Below are positions 48,210 through 56,725 of a DNA stretch of 64,000 nt, one piece after another (within the stretch, counting starts at the first letter, position 1; each line of letters begins with the position of its first letter). The notes under the pieces were generated by a model that saw only the letters and a program-made list of their open reading frames with translations, was not told the DNA's origin and searched no databases. The translations under genes and the position numbers were made by a program. The DNA comes from an uncultured Bacteroidales bacterium (GTDB lineage: Bacteria > Bacteroidota > Bacteroidia > Bacteroidales > UBA11471): contig CANQAM010000002.1 in NCBI GenBank assembly GCA_947589325.1, positions 39,415 through 103,414 on the forward strand, written 5' to 3'.

Positions 48210-48917
48210 TTACCCCATTGTATTGAATCGAATGCTGGCTTTAATCAATGCCAATGCTCTGATGGAATCTGCCGGAATATCCTGCGGTGAAAAATGCGGG
48301 TTATAACTTATCAGTCGCACGAACTTGTTGCTGTCCGCTTTCTGAATATATTTGATTGCAATATAACTTTCCCCGTCAAGGACAAACGACAAAAGATACA
48401 TTTCACCCCAAATAATTCCAGCTGCAAGGTTTGGAACCTCCTTATATAACACAATATCCCCACTTTTCAATAGCGGATACATCGAATCACCTCGCACATA
48501 TAAAGCACCATCGCATGGTGGCAGGTCGGGAATTTGCAAATAGCTAATCGGGGTATGATGAGTTGCTGTATCGAATAGGGAAACCAGACCAGCAGTGGCG
48601 TCCAATTCGTAAAGCGGGATGCTTTGTTGGGCGACTGAGCAATCGGTACTGAGGGGAAACTTGCTTTGAACAGTTGGGGTCGCTAATTGAATATCCAAAT
48701 CATGGAGCATATTACCTTTACCAGTCATTAACCAGTTGGCATTAATTTCAGAATAGGTTTCGATAATTTTCGATACCCATGAGGCAGATATATCGCTTCC
48801 TTTATTAATAGCTCGTCCAATAGCGCCATTTGAAGCACCAATACTTTGTTCAAAAGCACGGACACTTATCCCTTTGCAATTAATATATTGTCCTATCCTT
48901 TCGACTATTTGCGACAT
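48210..48917 (-). CDS. Phage repressor: N-terminal HTH plus C-terminal S24 (LexA/CI-type) autopeptidase
   Basis: 235 aa. HTH IGQYINCKGISVRAFEQSIGASNGAIGRAI; S24 Ser motif YVRGDSMYPLLKSGDIVLYK. It is transcribed toward the phage end, as in Mu. Confidence 0.88.
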   Translation of the reverse strand: MSQIVERIGQYINCKGISVRAFEQSIGASNGAIGRAINKGSDISASWVSKIIETYSEINANWLMTGKGNMLHDLDIQLATPTVQSKFPLSTDCSVAQQSIPLYELDATAGLVSLFDTATHHTPISYLQIPDLPPCDGALYVRGDSMYPLLKSGDIVLYKEVPNLAAGIIWGEMYLLSFVLDGESYIAIKYIQKADSNKFVRLISYNPHFSPQDIPADSIRALALIKASIRFNTMG

Positions 48918-49037
48918 GACATAAAAAAATATCTATAAAGTTTGCGTATTTCGATAATTATCTATATTTTTGTCTCGTGAAATAAATAACACAGCCGTCA
49001 AAGATAAGAAAAAAAGACGAAAACAAAATAATACAAT
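48918..49037. promoter_or_regulatory. Divergent early control region (operators and promoters)
   Basis: Two direct TATCTATA copies (48930-37 and 48959-66, 29 bp apart). The second overlaps a TATTTTTG (TAnnTTTG-type) box at 48965-72, which faces the early operon. Confidence 0.55.
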
Positions 49038-49406
49038 ATGGAAAAGTATATAGCAGTAACGAAAGAATGTAGAGAGTTCTTACAAAAGGCATTCAATACG
49101 TCCAAGCCAACTGTATGGCGGGCTTTGACATTTGCCGACCGAGGCGGCGACAGCGAATTGGCGTGTAAGATTCGGCGGTTGGCACAATTGCGGGGCGGTA
49201 TGTTAATGGTGGTTGCCCATGCCATGGAAACCATACATGATGCCGACGACTTTATGCGTCAGTATTTCCCCAACGGCGTGATGCTGGAATGCGACAAAAA
49301 AACGGGGCGTATAGACATCATCAAAGACGGCAAGTCCGTAAAAAGTTATGCCGATGTAAGATTAGACTGTTTTTCTGCTATACAAGCGGAAGCACAAAAG
49401 TTATAG
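49038..49406 (+). CDS. First early gene: small putative DNA-binding protein (Ner/Cro position)
   Basis: 122 aa. HTH-like ECREFLQKAFNTSKPTVWRALTF. The assignment rests on its position opposite the repressor. Confidence 0.5.
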   Translation: MEKYIAVTKECREFLQKAFNTSKPTVWRALTFADRGGDSELACKIRRLAQLRGGMLMVVAHAMETIHDADDFMRQYFPNGVMLECDKKTGRIDIIKDGKSVKSYADVRLDCFSAIQAEAQKL

Positions 49407-49480
49407 CATGAGTAAAACCGTGAATACACAAACATTGAATCAAATCAATACGGACACGGGAGCAAGAAAACGACAACGCG

Positions 49481-51490
49481 ATGGAGTATTATAACAACAC
49501 ACTTTGTATAAGCCACGCGGAACTGACAGACGGTATTCTGTCTAAACCTAACATTTCGGCAATGGTGCGACGCGGGAAGTTAGAACAGGTGCGACGTGCC
49601 TGTTACGGTACCCCCGCGCTGTTTGCCGTTAATAGTTTACCATTGAAATATCGGACGAAGGTGTACCGCCGTTATCCGGATTTACAAGAAAGTGCCAATA
49701 GCAAGCCATTTATTGATACGATAATGCCTGACGGTAGAGCAATGCAGTTCTATGCCGATTATGTTTTGGCGGACGGTCGCCATCTGCCGACGGGAAAACA
49801 GGTGGAATATGCGAACAACTGCGCTATTATGAATGCGTTTCGCACGTGTATTGACAAGAGTAACAGCCAACGTATGCGGCAAAGCAAGTCTCGGCTGAAT
49901 AAAATGGCGTTTTGGGACAAAGCTGCCGGCGCATTGCCACGGCTTGCGGATAGGTTTCCTCATTCGCTACCCGAAAGCGCCCGCCGTCTCCAACGCAAGT
50001 TCAATGAATACCTACGCGACGGGTACAGTTGCTTTATCAGCAAAAAGTACCAAAACAACAATGCAGCAAAGGTGGATAATGACGAGAAGGAAAGTTTGCT
50101 GGCATTACTTATCGGGCACCATAATAACCTCGATAATGTACTGATAGCTAATCTATACAATACCAAAGCCAAAGAGTGTGGCTGGAAATCTATTACTCCC
50201 GGCGCCGTTGGCGTATGGCGTGAGAAATTGGACTTGACAACATCTGCCGGACGACTGGGAACCGCACAATTCCGTAACAAAAAGAGTATGCAGATAAAAC
50301 GCAGTCGCCCGACAGCACCTTTCTTGATGTGGACACTCGACGGCTGGGACGTGGAGCTATTGTATCAGAAAACTATGACTGACAAAAACGGACATTCAAT
50401 TACGAGCTATTGCAACCGTCTGACATTGGAGGTAGTATTAGACCCCTGTTGCAATTATCCGATAGGCTACGCAATAGGCACCCACGAGACACCCGATTTG
50501 ATTGCCGCAGCCTTGCGCGACGCCGCTAAACACAGCAAAGAACTCTTCGGCTCGATGTTGCGGGCGAATCAATTGCAATGCGACCATTACGCATTCAAGA
50601 CCATGATGCCCCTTTATAATGCGATGGCGGCAATACTGACGCCGGCTCAGGTCAAAAATGCCAAAGCAAAAGTCGTCGAACCGTACTTCGGTTACTTAAA
50701 CAAGACCTATTGCCGCCTATTCAATAACTGGTCGGGCTATGGTATTACAACCAATCCTGAAAAACAACCTAACAGCGAGGCATTGAATAATTTGCGGCGC
50801 CATTTTCCCGACGAAGACGGTCTGCGCCGACAGATAGAGAACATGATGCAATTAGAACGTCAGCAAAAAGTCTCTGAGTTCCGGGAAATGATGGACAACC
50901 TGCCGGCAGAGCGTCGTCTGCCATTGAGTCGAGAATCGTACCTGCTACATTTTGGTGCAGAAACGGGACACAAGAATGCCATTGAGGGCGGAGGTTTGCG
51001 ACCAACATTACTCGGGGTGAAACGTGATTACGATTGTTTTGACATACGTTTTCGTGAATATGCAGGCAAGCGATGGACGATAAAATACGACCCTGACGAT
51101 TTACACGAAATTCTTGCCGTCAGTGAGGACGGTACACTCAGATTCATGCTCACGGAAAAATATGTTCAGCCAATGGCTTTGGCTGAACGGAAAGATGGTG
51201 ATGCAGCAGAACTTGCCCGTGTGGTAACATTCAATCGACAACTGGAACAGCACATTATTGAACAGCGCGCATTGGCAAATGCCAAAGTAGAACATTTAAT
51301 CGGCAGCGGATCTGACAACATACTCAGTCGCTTGCTGATATGCAACAGCGACGGGCAGCACAAACTGCCCAAAGCAAAACGACGCCTCAGCGCAGCGGAT
51401 ATTAACAGTGTTGATGTGAATACCGTCGAAATTCCGTTGATGCCACAAGGCGCGCCAGCTTCGGATAAAGACGATTATTCCATTTTCTAA
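49481..51490 (+). CDS. MuA-like DDE transposase
   Basis: 669 aa. An rve-type core (WTLDGWDVELLY...CDHYAFKT...) and a Mu-transposase-like C-terminal region (RRLPLSRESYLLHFG...WTIKYDPDDLHEILAV). A MuB-like ATPase gene follows directly. Confidence 0.85.
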   Translation: MEYYNNTLCISHAELTDGILSKPNISAMVRRGKLEQVRRACYGTPALFAVNSLPLKYRTKVYRRYPDLQESANSKPFIDTIMPDGRAMQFYADYVLADGRHLPTGKQVEYANNCAIMNAFRTCIDKSNSQRMRQSKSRLNKMAFWDKAAGALPRLADRFPHSLPESARRLQRKFNEYLRDGYSCFISKKYQNNNAAKVDNDEKESLLALLIGHHNNLDNVLIANLYNTKAKECGWKSITPGAVGVWREKLDLTTSAGRLGTAQFRNKKSMQIKRSRPTAPFLMWTLDGWDVELLYQKTMTDKNGHSITSYCNRLTLEVVLDPCCNYPIGYAIGTHETPDLIAAALRDAAKHSKELFGSMLRANQLQCDHYAFKTMMPLYNAMAAILTPAQVKNAKAKVVEPYFGYLNKTYCRLFNNWSGYGITTNPEKQPNSEALNNLRRHFPDEDGLRRQIENMMQLERQQKVSEFREMMDNLPAERRLPLSRESYLLHFGAETGHKNAIEGGGLRPTLLGVKRDYDCFDIRFREYAGKRWTIKYDPDDLHEILAVSEDGTLRFMLTEKYVQPMALAERKDGDAAELARVVTFNRQLEQHIIEQRALANAKVEHLIGSGSDNILSRLLICNSDGQHKLPKAKRRLSAADINSVDVNTVEIPLMPQGAPASDKDDYSIF

Positions 51491-51500
51491 ACTATATAAT

Positions 51501-52361
51501 ATGTTACAGGAAGAAAAACAACAAATTGCTACAAGCCTCAAAGGCTACTGCGACAGGAAAGGAAGTCAAAATAAGGCTGCCAACAGTATGAACGGAGTCA
51601 GCTCTGCCACCATAAGCAAGGTACTGGCAGGCGACTGGGAAACAATTAGTGACGAAATGTGGCGCACGATAGCCGCCCAGACGGGACACGAGGCAAAGAC
51701 GTGGCACATCGCTGAAACACGTGCATATAGCCGCATGGGCTTCCTGCTCGACAATGCTCGTGAGGACAGCCTTGTATTGGCTGTTACCGGCGATGCCGGC
51801 TGTGGAAAAACGGAGGCGATAAAAAACTATGCTGCAACTCATCGCAATGTATATCATTTGTGCTGTTCTGAATACTGGAATCGTCGCACGTTCATGGGCA
51901 AACTGCTCAAATGTATGGGCATGGATTTTTCCGGCGCTACCGTATCAGACATGATGGACGATATCATCGACGCTCTGAAACGCAAGGAACTCCCGCTGGT
52001 CGTCCTTGACGAAGCAGACAAGTTGAGTGATCAAGTACTCTATTTCTTCATCAGCCTTTACAATCAGTTAGAGGGACATTGCGGCATCATTCTTTGCGCC
52101 ACAGATTTTCTGGAAAAACGCATAAAAAAGGGGTTGCGGATAAAACGTAAAGGCTATGAGGAAATATACAGCCGTATGGGGCGCAAGTTCGTGGAGTTGC
52201 AGGTCGTGAATACGGCGGATATAGCCGCCGTTTGCGTGGCAAACGGCATAACCGACACCAAAGAAATAAATCGGATAGCAGACGATTGCGAATGCGACCT
52301 GCGCCGCGTAAAACGCGCTATTTGGGCGATACAAAAGAACGGAGAACAGCATAACGATTAA
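51501..52361 (+). CDS. MuB-like AAA+ transposition ATPase
   Basis: N-terminal HTH-like segment, Walker A VTGDAGCGKTEAI and Walker B LVVLDEADKL. Confidence 0.85.
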   Translation: MLQEEKQQIATSLKGYCDRKGSQNKAANSMNGVSSATISKVLAGDWETISDEMWRTIAAQTGHEAKTWHIAETRAYSRMGFLLDNAREDSLVLAVTGDAGCGKTEAIKNYAATHRNVYHLCCSEYWNRRTFMGKLLKCMGMDFSGATVSDMMDDIIDALKRKELPLVVLDEADKLSDQVLYFFISLYNQLEGHCGIILCATDFLEKRIKKGLRIKRKGYEEIYSRMGRKFVELQVVNTADIAAVCVANGITDTKEINRIADDCECDLRRVKRAIWAIQKNGEQHND

Positions 52362-52400
52362 GACGATTAACGATGTACCTTATCTGATGGGAAAATAAAC

Positions 52401-53039
52401 ATGGGTCGAGCGATAAGCAATAAGAATGTACTGACAGCCAAATTTGAAGTAGCCGACTTCGAGGGGACTTTCCTTGCCAGCTTCGGGCGGCCGGAACTGC
52501 GAGGCGCATGGATGATCTACGGCGGCAGCGGTTGCGGTAAAACCACCTTTGTGTTACAGATCTGCAAGTACCTTACCCGCTTTCGCCGCGTGGCATACGA
52601 CAGTTTGGAACAAGGTTTAAGCCTCTCGCTAAAACGAGCATGGGAGCGGGTCGGCATGGCAGAAGTCGGTAATCGCATCATTCTGCTAAATAAAGAGGGT
52701 TTGAAAGATGTCCGCCTCCGGTTGGAAAAAAAGCGTAGCCCTGATGTCATTGTCATCGACAGCGTGCATTACTGGTTAGGACTTAAAATGTCGGATTATA
52801 TAAACCTACGTAAAGACTTTCCCGATAAGTTGTTCATTTTCGTATGCCATGAAAAACACGGGCTTCCTGATGGAAAAATAGCTGAAAAGATACGATACGA
52901 CAGCGATATAAAGGCTCGAGTAGAGGGTTACAAAGCATTTATAACCTCTCGGTACGAAATAGCCGAACTCGGCGAAGGTGGCGCGGACTTCGTGATATGG
53001 GAGCAAGGCGCACAGGAATATTGGATTGATAAAATGTAA
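52401..53039 (+). CDS. Small RecA-fold P-loop NTPase (AAA_24/Sak4-like?)
   Basis: 212 aa. Walker A YGGSGCGKTT and Walker B-like DVIVIDSV. Family assignment is uncertain. Confidence 0.6.
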   Translation: MGRAISNKNVLTAKFEVADFEGTFLASFGRPELRGAWMIYGGSGCGKTTFVLQICKYLTRFRRVAYDSLEQGLSLSLKRAWERVGMAEVGNRIILLNKEGLKDVRLRLEKKRSPDVIVIDSVHYWLGLKMSDYINLRKDFPDKLFIFVCHEKHGLPDGKIAEKIRYDSDIKARVEGYKAFITSRYEIAELGEGGADFVIWEQGAQEYWIDKM

Positions 53040-53045
53040 AACGAT

Positions 53046-53525
53046 ATGACAGAGAACAGGACGATGGACGCGATCCATCGAAACATCTTAAAGAAATTCC
53101 ACACCCTTTGCAGTGCATTGGGGCTTACCGAAGCAGAAAAGCGTGCCATAGTTGAAAGCTATGGTGTTGAGAGCAGCCGCGACATGGATACGCACGATTT
53201 GATAAACGTGTGCGGAAAACTTTCGGAACAGGCAAACGAAAAGGTGGGCGCAGGTGAGATGGACAAGTTGCGAAAACGGGTTATGGCTGCTATCGGAGCC
53301 TATCTGAAAGCCGTAGGCAGAGAGAGTAACGCCACCGTGATAAAAGGCATCGCTTGCCGGGCCACGGGGCATGCCGACTTCAACAAGATACCGCGCGAGC
53401 GGCTGCGTAATCTGGTGGCGGCGTTCAACAACAAGGTAAAAGACGCGCAGGCGGTGAATGAAATAGCCGACGGCCTGCTGTTGCAGTCTTATTTCGAATA
53501 TGGAAGACCACAAGCAAAAGCGTGA
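53046..53525 (+). CDS. GemA / Mu gp16-like protein (DUF1018)
   Basis: 159 aa. IHRNILKKFHTLCSALGLTEAEKRAIVESYGVESSRDMDTHDLINVCGKL is typical of the GemA family. Confidence 0.65.
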   Translation: MTENRTMDAIHRNILKKFHTLCSALGLTEAEKRAIVESYGVESSRDMDTHDLINVCGKLSEQANEKVGAGEMDKLRKRVMAAIGAYLKAVGRESNATVIKGIACRATGHADFNKIPRERLRNLVAAFNNKVKDAQAVNEIADGLLLQSYFEYGRPQAKA

Positions 53526-53528
53526 ACC

Positions 53529-53759
53529 ATGAGCAGCAAGAGAGACATTATAGAAATCGTGCCGCCGCCTTTTGTCGAAAAAAAGAACCTGACCGAATGT
53601 ATAACAAGCAATACTCATTTATGCAGCCACTGTCATGGTAACGGGTTCTTTTGGCAAAATGAAATGAATATGGCAGAGAAAAAGACCTGTCCGGTGTGCA
53701 ATGGCAGTGGTAAACTCCATGCCACGATCACCATCAAGTGGAAACCTGTAAAACAATAA
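53529..53759 (+). CDS. 76-aa protein with two DnaJ-type CxxCxGxG zinc-finger motifs
   Basis: CSHCHGNG and CPVCNGSG, separated by 18 residues. Confidence 0.65.
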   Translation: MSSKRDIIEIVPPPFVEKKNLTECITSNTHLCSHCHGNGFFWQNEMNMAEKKTCPVCNGSGKLHATITIKWKPVKQ

Positions 53760-53763
53760 GAAA

Positions 53764-53937
53764 ATGAGAAAAGACAAAATCGTAAAAGCGTTAAAGACGG
53801 TCGGTGCCATACCGTTCGTAGCAGTAGGAGTCGTACTCTTGTTTGCGGCTATCGTACTGAGAGCAGCCGGATATATGTTCCTGTTCGACACCGAGGCTGC
53901 GAAATATGAAATAAACCAAATCAAACCCAATAAATAA
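53764..53937 (+). CDS. 57-aa single-pass membrane protein
   Basis: Hand-translated: MRKDKIVKALKTVGAIPFVAVGVVLLFAAIVLRAAGYMFLFDTEAAKYEINQIKPNK. Tightly packed between neighbouring genes; below the ORF-track size cut-off. Confidence 0.5.
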   Translation: MRKDKIVKALKTVGAIPFVAVGVVLLFAAIVLRAAGYMFLFDTEAAKYEINQIKPNK

Positions 53938-53944
53938 CTTGTAT

Positions 53945-54598
53945 ATGGAAAACGTAACGATGACAGCGGAAGAACGCCGAGAGTTTGAAGCGTACCGCGC
54001 AGAAAAAGCAAAAAAAGAGGCGGCAGCACGCCGGAAACAGCAGCGTGCCGATTATGCCGGAATGGTAGATGACGAGCTGTGCACGACACTGCCGATTCTC
54101 AAAGAGTTGAGCGAGCGGATAAAGGTCGTGAAAGACACTGTTTTCGGGAATTTCGAAGCGATTTTGAAGATGAAGTCCGACGTGCTGGGCCTGACCAAAG
54201 AGATGCAGCACAGCCACACCTTTACGTCGAGCGACAGCCGCTTCCGCCTGACCCTCGGCGTGAACACCATCGACAGCTACCGCGATACGGTGGAAGATGG
54301 CATTGCCATGGTCAAGGCCTACATACAGAGCTTGGCCAAAGACGATACGAGCAAGGCGCTCGTAAACGCTGTTTTGCGGCTGTTGAGTCGCGATCAAAGC
54401 GGCAACATCAAAGCCAGCCGTGTGCTGCAACTTCGTAAAATGGCACAAGAAACAGGCGACGAACAGTTCATTGAGGGCGTGCAGATCATCGAGGAGAGTT
54501 ACCAGCCTACCGAGTCTAAAAAGTATATTCGTGCCGAGTACAAGAACGACAAAGGCGCGTGGGTCAATGTACCGCTCGGAATGACCGACGTGGATTGA
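53945..54598 (+). CDS. DUF3164-family protein (conserved in Mu-like early regions)
   Basis: ATG 53945 (the ORF track uses TTG 53939). ...GNIKASRVLQLRKMAQETGDEQFIEGVQIIEESYQPTESKKYIRAEYKN... matches my recollection of DUF3164. Confidence 0.65.
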   Translation: MENVTMTAEERREFEAYRAEKAKKEAAARRKQQRADYAGMVDDELCTTLPILKELSERIKVVKDTVFGNFEAILKMKSDVLGLTKEMQHSHTFTSSDSRFRLTLGVNTIDSYRDTVEDGIAMVKAYIQSLAKDDTSKALVNAVLRLLSRDQSGNIKASRVLQLRKMAQETGDEQFIEGVQIIEESYQPTESKKYIRAEYKNDKGAWVNVPLGMTDVD

Positions 54599-54678
54599 CA
54601 GCAGCGCCCGCTCCATCTGCAAGAAAGAAACGGGCGCAAGCCTTGTTGCCACAGGGTTTTGCAAAAATAAAAAAATAA

Positions 54679-54939
54679 ATGCAGATGGACAAGCGAAAAC
54701 ACCACGAAAGCACCATCGAGAGGGTCAGGATGGTAAGAGCCGTAACGGCAGAACATTACGAAAGCGGCAATCAGGCGCGGTGCTACAAAGCTGTATGGCG
54801 GCAGCATATTTTCCCGAAGTTCAAAATCTGCTATCGCACCTATCTGAGTTATTTGGGCATACCGACGCCTCCACCCGTGCCGAAACATTCCCCACAAGCA
54901 AGTCTATGGGACATCATGCAAGAAAAACCTGCTGAATAG
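54679..54939 (+). CDS. Last early-operon gene: small putative regulator (Mor position)
   Basis: 86 aa and basic. The assignment is positional only; its stop codon sits in the loop of the operon terminator. Confidence 0.4.
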   Translation: MQMDKRKHHESTIERVRMVRAVTAEHYESGNQARCYKAVWRQHIFPKFKICYRTYLSYLGIPTPPPVPKHSPQASLWDIMQEKPAE

Positions 54940-54958
54940 TTGCAGGTTTTTCTTTTTT
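54923..54958 (+). terminator. Intrinsic terminator ending the early operon
   Basis: Stem AAAAACCTGC (54923-32) / GCAGGTTTTT (54942-51), then CTTTTTT. Confidence 0.85.
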
Positions 54959-54961
54959 CTA

Positions 54962-54969
54962 TATATTTG
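54962..54969 (+). promoter_or_regulatory. Bacteroidetes -7 box (TATATTTG) for the moron gene
   Basis: Exact TAnnTTTG match 18 nt upstream of ATG 54987, immediately after the terminator. Confidence 0.5.
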
Positions 54970-54986
54970 GGGAAAATTGTACGATT

Positions 54987-55484
54987 ATGAAATCCATTAT
55001 TGTTTTGTCATTAATGCTATTTGCTGCGTCGTTTTCTTATGCCGACGATTATGCACGGTATTTTGAATGCGCGGACAAGAACGACGTTCAGGGAATGATT
55101 GATAGTTTATTATCCAGAGGCACACGCCAGTATAATCTCAAAGAAATTCGCAAGCGTAATGCAGACAGCGATCATATCATAGATTATATTTATCTCGGAG
55201 CCAATGCCGATTTTCCCGATAGCGTAAAACTGTTCGTCGAAGTCAATTTCTTTATGAAAGACGCAAATCCTGATATGAATATAACAGGAACACCGGTATA
55301 TAAAATAAATTCTATCGTCGGCGAATATCTGGACGTGTTACCTATATACCAGATTGTATCTCCGGAAACAACCGCAGAAAGCGCTGTTCGATACGGAGCC
55401 AATACAGATGTGCCCGATTCTCCTTATAAAGTCCGTTACAGTATTCGGAAATCATCGGCCGGTTGGAGATTCCGCCGTTTTTGA
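54987..55484 (+). CDS. Secreted protein of unknown function (prophage moron)
   Basis: 165 aa with signal peptide MKSIIVLSLMLFAASFSYA. It has its own promoter box and is AT-richer than its neighbours. It lies between convergent operons. Confidence 0.65.
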   Translation: MKSIIVLSLMLFAASFSYADDYARYFECADKNDVQGMIDSLLSRGTRQYNLKEIRKRNADSDHIIDYIYLGANADFPDSVKLFVEVNFFMKDANPDMNITGTPVYKINSIVGEYLDVLPIYQIVSPETTAESAVRYGANTDVPDSPYKVRYSIRKSSAGWRFRRF

Positions 55485-55496
55485 GGTACTCGGTTG

Positions 55497-55979
55497 CTAA
55501 TGGTTTAATGACAATTTAATACTGCCGGACTTCATGCTTGGAGGCATGGCAGTCGTGTCCTGTGCATTAGTGACGAATCGCTCGACGCTCTCCATCAGTT
55601 CGGCGTGGTCGTGATTGGTGGCCGATGTGGTCAGTTGGAAGCCGGCAAAGTTGTCGCCCCGCAACCCCTGCATGGCGGTGTCGATGCGTTCGATCAGGTC
55701 GAAAAATACCAATGCTTCCGGCATTTTCCGGTCGGTGTGTCCGTGCGTCGCCACGGCCCGCGTTACGATGTGCAGCCGCACGGCCACGTCGCCGCGGCGC
55801 GCTCCGTTGTTCTGTTGCCGCCACTCTATCTCCTCGAACTCGACAAATACGGCCGGCATCGGCCATACCGCGCCGCCGTTCAGTGCGGCGACATTGTTGT
55901 TCCACAGGTCGATGAATTGAATATCCGGCACGCACGCGGCGAGACGTGCGCAAATGGCTTGAAAGATTTGTTTTCTCAT
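55497..55979 (-). CDS. Virion structural protein, possibly head-tail joining / neck
   Basis: 160 aa. Last gene of the minus-strand late block, with a 4-nt ATGA overlap with the gpG-like gene. No motif recognised with confidence. Confidence 0.5.
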   Translation of the reverse strand: MRKQIFQAICARLAACVPDIQFIDLWNNNVAALNGGAVWPMPAVFVEFEEIEWRQQNNGARRGDVAVRLHIVTRAVATHGHTDRKMPEALVFFDLIERIDTAMQGLRGDNFAGFQLTTSATNHDHAELMESVERFVTNAQDTTAMPPSMKSGSIKLSLNH

Positions 55980-56434
55980 TTTCGTATGAATTTTGTAAGT
56001 TGCCCATTGAAGTCGGCGAGATTGTCCTCGATGATCCCTTTGATAATCTCCTGCGTACGTTTGCCGTCGCCCACGAACTGGCGCTTCGGCATGTTGAATT
56101 TGCGCGTGTGCGCCTTTACCGTGTACGGCTTCCCCTTTTTACTGGTGCGGGTATGTTGGCGCACAGACTTTGTCCCGCTGCCACCTTCATTATGAATAGC
56201 AGCGTATGGCACGGCCGAGGAGAAGCGCACGCCGTCGCCTCTTACTTCGGTCTTTATGCTGCGCCGCATCGTGCCCGTTACCATCAGCAGCGAGCCTTTG
56301 GGATATTTATAGGCCCGGGGCTTCCACTTGTCGGTAAAAAAGGCCTTGCGCTCGAAGTTGCGGTCGAACTCCTCGGAGAGTTCCACGCGCATGTCGTTCA
56401 ATATGTTTCTTTTCAGTTGTTCCCCGTCTATCAT
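55976..56434 (-). CDS. Mu gpG-like virion morphogenesis protein
   Basis: 152 aa. VPYAAIHNEGGSG and FNMPKRQFVG correspond to the YAAIHQFGG / MPARPFL motifs of the Mu G family. Confidence 0.75.
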   Translation of the reverse strand: MIDGEQLKRNILNDMRVELSEEFDRNFERKAFFTDKWKPRAYKYPKGSLLMVTGTMRRSIKTEVRGDGVRFSSAVPYAAIHNEGGSGTKSVRQHTRTSKKGKPYTVKAHTRKFNMPKRQFVGDGKRTQEIIKGIIEDNLADFNGQLTKFIRK

Positions 56435-56476
56435 TTTAATTATCGTTTAATTGTTGGTAATTCAAAAAAATAGTTG

Positions 56477-56484
56477 TAAATTTG
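56477..56484 (+). promoter_or_regulatory. Bacteroidetes -7 box (TAAATTTG) directly upstream of the 78-aa ORF
   Basis: Exact TAnnTTTG match ending 4 nt before ATG 56489, which implies a leaderless or near-leaderless transcript. Confidence 0.45.
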
Positions 56485-56488
56485 CGAT

Positions 56489-56725
56489 ATGGTAAAAATT
56501 ATAGATAAAATAGAAGAATGCCCTTATATGTGTGAGCACTGCAAGCACTTTAAGCAAGGACATACTTGTTTGGCTTTTGACAACATACCATTAAGCATTT
56601 TGCTTGATGCAGAAAGCCATACAACGGTATTGCCTGAACAAAAAGGCGCTTATGTCTTTGAGCCGGCAAAGCCCCGTGATACCATGCGTGTTTATGTGGA
56701 CGGTGCCGAAGAACCGGAATATTGA
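56489..56725 (+). CDS. 78-aa Cys/His-rich protein, antisense to the late operon
   Basis: MVKIIDKIEECPYMCEHCKHFKQGHTCLAF... It has its own promoter box and lies in AT-rich DNA. Its 3' end overlaps the MuF-protease stop by 34 nt (convergent). Confidence 0.55.
   Translation: MVKIIDKIEECPYMCEHCKHFKQGHTCLAFDNIPLSILLDAESHTTVLPEQKGAYVFEPAKPRDTMRVYVDGAEEPEY

Noticed and set aside
49408-49494. A 28-aa ORF (MSKTVNTQTLNQINTDTGARKRQRDGVL) overlapping the transposase start.
   Set aside because: It is very short with no supporting signal. It may simply be leader sequence of the transposase gene, so it is not reported as a feature.
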